A stretch of DNA of 64,000 bases from Podarcis gaigeae (taxonomy: Eukaryota): the NCBI GenBank assembly GCA_964106915.2, contig OZ066917.1. One strand, given 5' to 3'. A program made the position numbers and the translations under genes. The notes beneath the pieces were generated by a model that worked only from the letters and a program-made list of their open reading frames with translations, was not told the DNA's origin and made no database searches. Below, piece by piece: positions 58,744 to 64,000 of this stretch; positions within the stretch are counted from its first letter, which is position 1; every line of letters starts with the position of its first letter.

Positions 58744-59424
58744 GGCCTGATTCCAAGGGGGCTTCTAAAATGCTTCAGTTCATTTCTACATTCGGTTAAC
58801 ACCTTCCAACCCACAGCAAAAGCCAGACCATTAAAAAAAACCCCAGAGGGCTTATTTTAAGAAGGAGGGTTGTCTCCAGCCTAGTCCCCAACTCAGCTAT
58901 AACTAAATGCCTTTGTCCCAGCTGACCATTAAAGCCTTTATCAGAGAGGTATCTTCCGGTGGACAGGTGGTGTTGTGTATAAAGGAGTGTCAGGTTGGAA
59001 ATCTCCTGCTCAAATCTCAGCTCACCTAGTAGGAAGTCACTACTACGCATATCATGCCTTAAAAGCACATATGAAGCACCCACTCCCAAGTATCCTGGGA
59101 ACTGTAGTTTACCCTCTCAGAGCTACAATTCTCAGCAGTTTTAACAAACCACAGTTCCCAGGGTTCTTGGAGGTGCGTGCCTTAAAGGTATGTTGTGTAG
59201 GCAGCCTAGATGACCTTGGGCAAGCCAAAAACAACACTAGCCTACATTACAGAGGTGTTATTAAGGAATACTGAGGATGTGCTTAAAGCACTCTTGAGGG
59301 TTCAAAATGGCTGCACAAGTTGCGTCTGATAAAATGCACAGGACACTTTAGGAATGAGGTCTTGCGATATAAGGTCTTTTGGGTTTCTCACCCTCCCTCC
59401 AAGGAGCGAATAGCTAAACTACTA

Positions 59425-59650
59425 CAGTGGTACCTCAGGTTAAAAACTTAATTCGTTCTGGAGGTCTGTTCTTAACCTGAAACTGTTCTTAACCTGAAGC
59501 ACCACTTTAGCTAATGGGGCCTCCTGCTGCCGCTGCGCCGCCGCTGCATGATTTCTGTTCTCATCCTGAAGTAAAGTTCTTAACCCGAGGTAATATTTCT
59601 GGGTTAGCGGAGTCTGTAACCTGAAGCGTATGTAAGCCGAGGTACTACTG
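59425..59650. mobile_element. Tc1/mariner MITE, copy 3
   Basis: TA|CAGTGGTACCTC to GAGGTACTACTG|TA; matches 18639-18863. Confidence 0.92.
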
Positions 59651-62600
59651 TATGCTGATATCACCTTCTCCTAATCACGCAGATAACCGTATACAGAGGC
59701 GGAGGGTGCCCCGTCAAGACTAAACTGGAGAAATGAATTTTCCAAATTTACACCGGACACTCCAGCCGCTAAACCAAATGTGTTTTGAAGCCGGGGGTCT
59801 TTTGACTGGCCACAACAGAAAACAGGCGTTGGCTGGCCTTGAAAATGGGCCTTGCTCTCTTCTTCCTGAAGTTAGGCACGCCATCAAAAAAAATACGCCC
59901 TGCATCATAGTGTCTGTGGGGAGCTCCCTTTTCAACCCTCCTGTTTACAGAACGCTGTAGAAAGCCTGTGGCGATTGCAACAGGGTCTTTTAAATTAGAA
60001 GTGCAAACTGGCCGGATGAAGGTGGGGGGAGGAGAGAGATGTAGCGGGGCTCTAAGCCCCATGCCCTGAGTTCCTAAACACCTACAGTAAAGCCAGAGAT
60101 TGCTCGCTGCTCCTTCAGTATTTCTGCAGCTGCTACAGTTATTTAGAGCCAAGGGCATGCGAAGCGCTGTGGAAAACACTGAAATAAAGGGGGGCGGCGG
60201 GAAATCCCATTAGAGGGGAAAGGCTAGGCTGGGAAAGGGGGAGCGAGATGCTCCCAAAGCAAGTACTTCGAAGCAGCGCCACGTTGGACTGCCCACAGCA
60301 GGTTAGCCCTTAGATCCTAAACAGAAAGAGAAGTGAGGAAGCCATCAGATTTCCAGGAGAGAAAACTTCCACAGGCACAACCCGAGGCCCTGAAATGGAC
60401 GGGGTTTGCTTCCATCTACTATCTTTAGAATCCAGGCGCTAGCTGCTCCGCCGTTTACGACTCCCTGGAAAAGCTTCCTGTGCCTGCGATCCAGGAGGCG
60501 CTTAAATTACGTCTGTGCAGCGAGGCCCATTAACGTCGCAAAGGGAGCTTAACCGGCTTAAGCGCAAGGGTGTGGGAAATGCAGCCGCAGGGACTGACTG
60601 AGGCTTGATTAGATGAGCGGATTCTCACCCCCCCCCACACACACACACCCGCTCTTTCCCATCCCTCGCTCGCTCGCTCGCTCGCTCTCCTAGGTGTATA
60701 TATTTAGCTAGCAGACACCCAGAGGGGTTTAAAAAGACTCCGAGTTCCCTCCTCCCACAATCATGCAGCAAACACGTTCAAGAAGAACTGCTTGCAGGCA
60801 GCAGGGGAGCAACCGAGACTCTCATCTGCGTGGTTGATTACAGCCCTAAAACGGACGACGTGTAATTTCAGTTCTCGCTCCAGATCGTGGGCTTGATTTC
60901 CAGGGGCCCACTTATCCGAGGGAGGGAGGGAGCAAGCGAGAAGAGGGGAGAGGGGAGGAGGGGGGGAAGAGACGCTGTAGGCTTTATTTGTCCTCGTCCC
61001 TATTAGCTATGCAGCCAATCTATCATTTCCGGCGGTGCTTCCATCTAATTACCGATGTATTTAGATGTGACGTGCAAAGAACTGTCGAGCTGCCTGCTTG
61101 GCTCTGCGCGGACTTCTCGTCGGGAAGCTTTCCAGCGAGGGCTGGAGCGCTGCGAGCTAGGGCTCCAGACAAAGAGGGAAAGAACTGAGCCGCGTCGCGG
61201 GCAAATCCAACGCAAAGCAGCTTTCCTCCAGGGGTGATAAAGGGCCAGAGAACCTCATTCGGGGGCAGCTGATGTCTGTGGGAAGGCGGGAAGGGGAGCT
61301 CCGAAGGCAGGCGCGCTTATATTCCGCAGAGAAGGGGTTTGCTCTTCCCCTCCCACCCACCAGCCCTTCTCACAGAAAGGAGACCCCAAACAGAAGCGCG
61401 CACAGAGAGCCAGAGCCCCCGTTTGCTTCTGTCAAGTCTAATGTGTCTCAAGGCAGCCGCAGGTAAGTTTTGCCCCGGTTCTCTCCGCTTATATATTGAC
61501 CAAACACAGGTGAGGCTCGCCCAGCCCCGTCGTATGGAACAAAGTCAGTCCCTACTGGGCACTCAAAAAACAAAGCACCCACACCACCCACTCCCCATTT
61601 CTAAGCAAGGGAGAGCTGGGTTATGCTCCTGAGGTTGTTCGCCTGGAGGTCTTTGGCCGGAGTGGCTCCGAATTCTCCGCTCTGGCTTTGTCCTTGTGAG
61701 CTATCCCTCCCTCCTCCTCCCTCCTCCCCCCCTCCCCAGAATGGAGAAGAGAGCGCTGAGTGGATCTCCTGCTCCAGCTCGACCCCCACCCCTTCTTCCT
61801 CCTCCTCCACCACCACGCCTGGCTCGCCTTGTTCTTCTCTGTGCTTGCCTGGCTCAGCCCCAACAGGACACGGGGTTAAGCGCGCTCAGCGGAGTTCCCA
61901 AACGACGAAACTTCTGGGAACGGAAGAATCTGGCACTCGGCTAGAAAAGGAGGTTCCTGATGGTGGGAAAATGATCTTCACGGAGCATCGAGAGCAGCCT
62001 GAGGGATCGCGCCTCGGTCTCTCCCAACTTCCCCTCCCCCTGGAGACAGAAGATTTCTGCAACTGCCAGCCTCAACCCTTCACGCGGAAAAATCTACCTC
62101 GGTTTCTGACTCCTGAAGGGTTAACACACACATCCACACGCACCGAATCTCGCGGTGACCTTTTCCTTTGCGACTCCCCCACTCTCCCTTTCAGGCTCCG
62201 GTTCTTCCGCTCGCAGGGAGCTTGGACGGCTGTCTAGACCGATCTATCACAGGCGAGCGAAACAATACCGGTGTGTGTGGGGGGGGGAGAAAAGCCGCCT
62301 TCCCTTTTCTCTCCTCCTCCAGCAGCACCGCACCTCACCTCCGAGATGAAATGGGGTAATAAAGAACCATCATCCGCAGTACCAACAGCTGGTGGGTATG
62401 CAGAGACCCCTGAAACAGCCCACCCTCATGGCTGACAAACGGGGTTTTGTCTGTCCCTGTTTAGCGCACGCTAAATGCGCGCGGCACGTTTCGTGTCCCG
62501 CAGTTGCCCTGGGCGAAGGGCCTGGGCTCCCCTCGGAGAAAGTGTGGGAAAAGAGGGGGAGAGGCGAGATTCCAGGCCTTCCAGAGAGGGGAGAACTTAA

Positions 62601-64000
62601 TTATTGCGTCGGAAGTGATGGTTCCCAGATTCCACTCTTCTTTGCTTGTCCAAAAACTCCTTGACTCTATCTGACCCCAGCTCGAAAACGAGGCAGTAGA
62701 TGGAAAGGCCGATTCTGCAAAGAGCTGGGAAATAGCTAATGGGATGTGCGACTCATTGATCCAGAGGATACTTCCTAATTAACTCCCAGTCACCAATTCA
62801 AAGATCTCGTCTACTGTGGCAAACCTTGCGGGATGGAGGGTGGGGAGGAAATTCCAAGTCCTGCTTTTTACGGTCCGCCGAAAAGCCATTAAGGTTGTCT
62901 TGTTCGCAAAAAGACAAAACCCACCAGCTGCCACTTAAAACACCTACATAACACCCCCACAAGGCTGATAAAGAAGAAACAAACAAAAAGACAAAACCTT
63001 AATTGAGCCCAGTCCTCCTGGCCTGCTTTACTCCAGAGCAGTCCCACTGGCCTCAGTTAAGGGAGCACAAGGCAAGGGACGGGAGCTCCTATCGCGAGGG
63101 CACCGCATCCCGCAAGCATGTCTGCCAGCACCAACATTGCCTAGACGGAACTGTGTGTGTGTGTGTTTGTGCATAAGAGAGAACGAGCGCGCAAAGCTGG
63201 AAGCAGCCGCCTCCAGGAGCGGGACTCCCAAGATTAACAGCATGCAAATATGGCGGGGGGGGGGGAGTGGGAGCCGATCCACTTCGGCAATGCTGAATGT
63301 AGACACCACCCCCACTCCCCGGGGACAACTTAGTTTGGCCTCGGGGCTCTGTCTCCAAGGTCCCAGGGCGATCTTGCAAGGGCGCTTCGCTTTACTCCCC
63401 TTACAATGCGGGAGGGGAGAAGTCTCGCTCTCCTTATCTCTGCTGGCAGATAGTCTTCGTGGGGCCCATCTAAGGAGCCCTTTGGCCTAGGCCTCATGGA
63501 AAAGTTTACAAAAGCTTGACAGATCCAGCCCGCGCGACCAGAACGAGCGCAGACCGCCCTTTTGCCAAGGGAGGCGAACGCGAAGCTGCGGGGCTTCCAC
63601 CGAGCAGATGGAGAGCCGAGGCGGGAATTGCTCGGGAGAATTAAATACGGAAACAAGCTCCGAGGCGATTGCCATTAAAACACCAGCACGTATTTCCCTC
63701 GCAGCTTCTGATTCAAGGGGTTTTGGGGTTTTCCGATCTACGCTTCCCTCCACTCTCTCTCCGCCCTCCCCCCCCCGCTTCCTTCCACCCACATACCTCG
63801 CTTTTCTGAATCTGAGACGCAGCCGGCGAGGCAGAAACGAAAGGCGAAGGCTTCGCAAAGCTAGAGATCGCCCCCGGACTGGCTTCGCAACAAACAAGCT
63901 ACGTGCCTCAGATGCCGAGCGCAAGCAACCCCGGAGTTGGCCAGGGTTTTCCAGCCAACAGCCTCCGCCATCCGCTCCTGGGAGGCAAGTTCTCAACCTC

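Larger units (their letters stand above)
56700..64000. promoter_or_regulatory. Third CpG-rich domain, running to the window edge
   Basis: CpG-dense non-coding DNA with no recognisable protein. Confidence 0.55.

Noticed and set aside
61623-62237. 204-aa plus-strand ORF and other 56-64 kb ORFs
   Set aside because: GC-rich, low complexity, no recognisable homology or splice structure.
1-64000. CRISPR array, operon or other prokaryotic system
   Set aside because: Vertebrate intron-exon DNA; no regularly spaced repeat-spacer arrays.

Overview
Squamate reptile genomic DNA, probably a lacertid lizard judging from the Sauria SINEs with (ACCTTT)n tails. The window holds the 5' two-thirds of BCOR (BCL6 corepressor) on the minus strand. 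Coding exons corresponding to human exons 2, 3, 4, 6, 7, 8, 9 and 10 can be placed with splice sites and compatible phases (ATG at 26478; 4254 nt, 1418 codons, in the window). Exon 5 is probably hidden in a 148-N assembly gap, and exons 11 onward lie off the left edge. Positions ~28-64 kb are BCOR intron 1, promoter and upstream DNA, with three CpG-rich domains and many transposon insertions (Sauria SINEs, L2 and CR1 LINE fragments, Tc1/mariner and hAT MITEs, Penelope-like fold-back elements). Two observations stand out. (1) The 5' part of exon 10 is frameshifted and decaying, while an in-frame internal acceptor with a branch point at 2021 rescues the reading frame, which looks like lineage-specific intronization. 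(2) A Penelope-like insertion carries minimal type I hammerhead ribozyme motifs on both strands. Human BCOR comparisons are from memory, not from an alignment. Most short ORFs in the track are spurious. No prokaryote-type system or CRISPR array is present.
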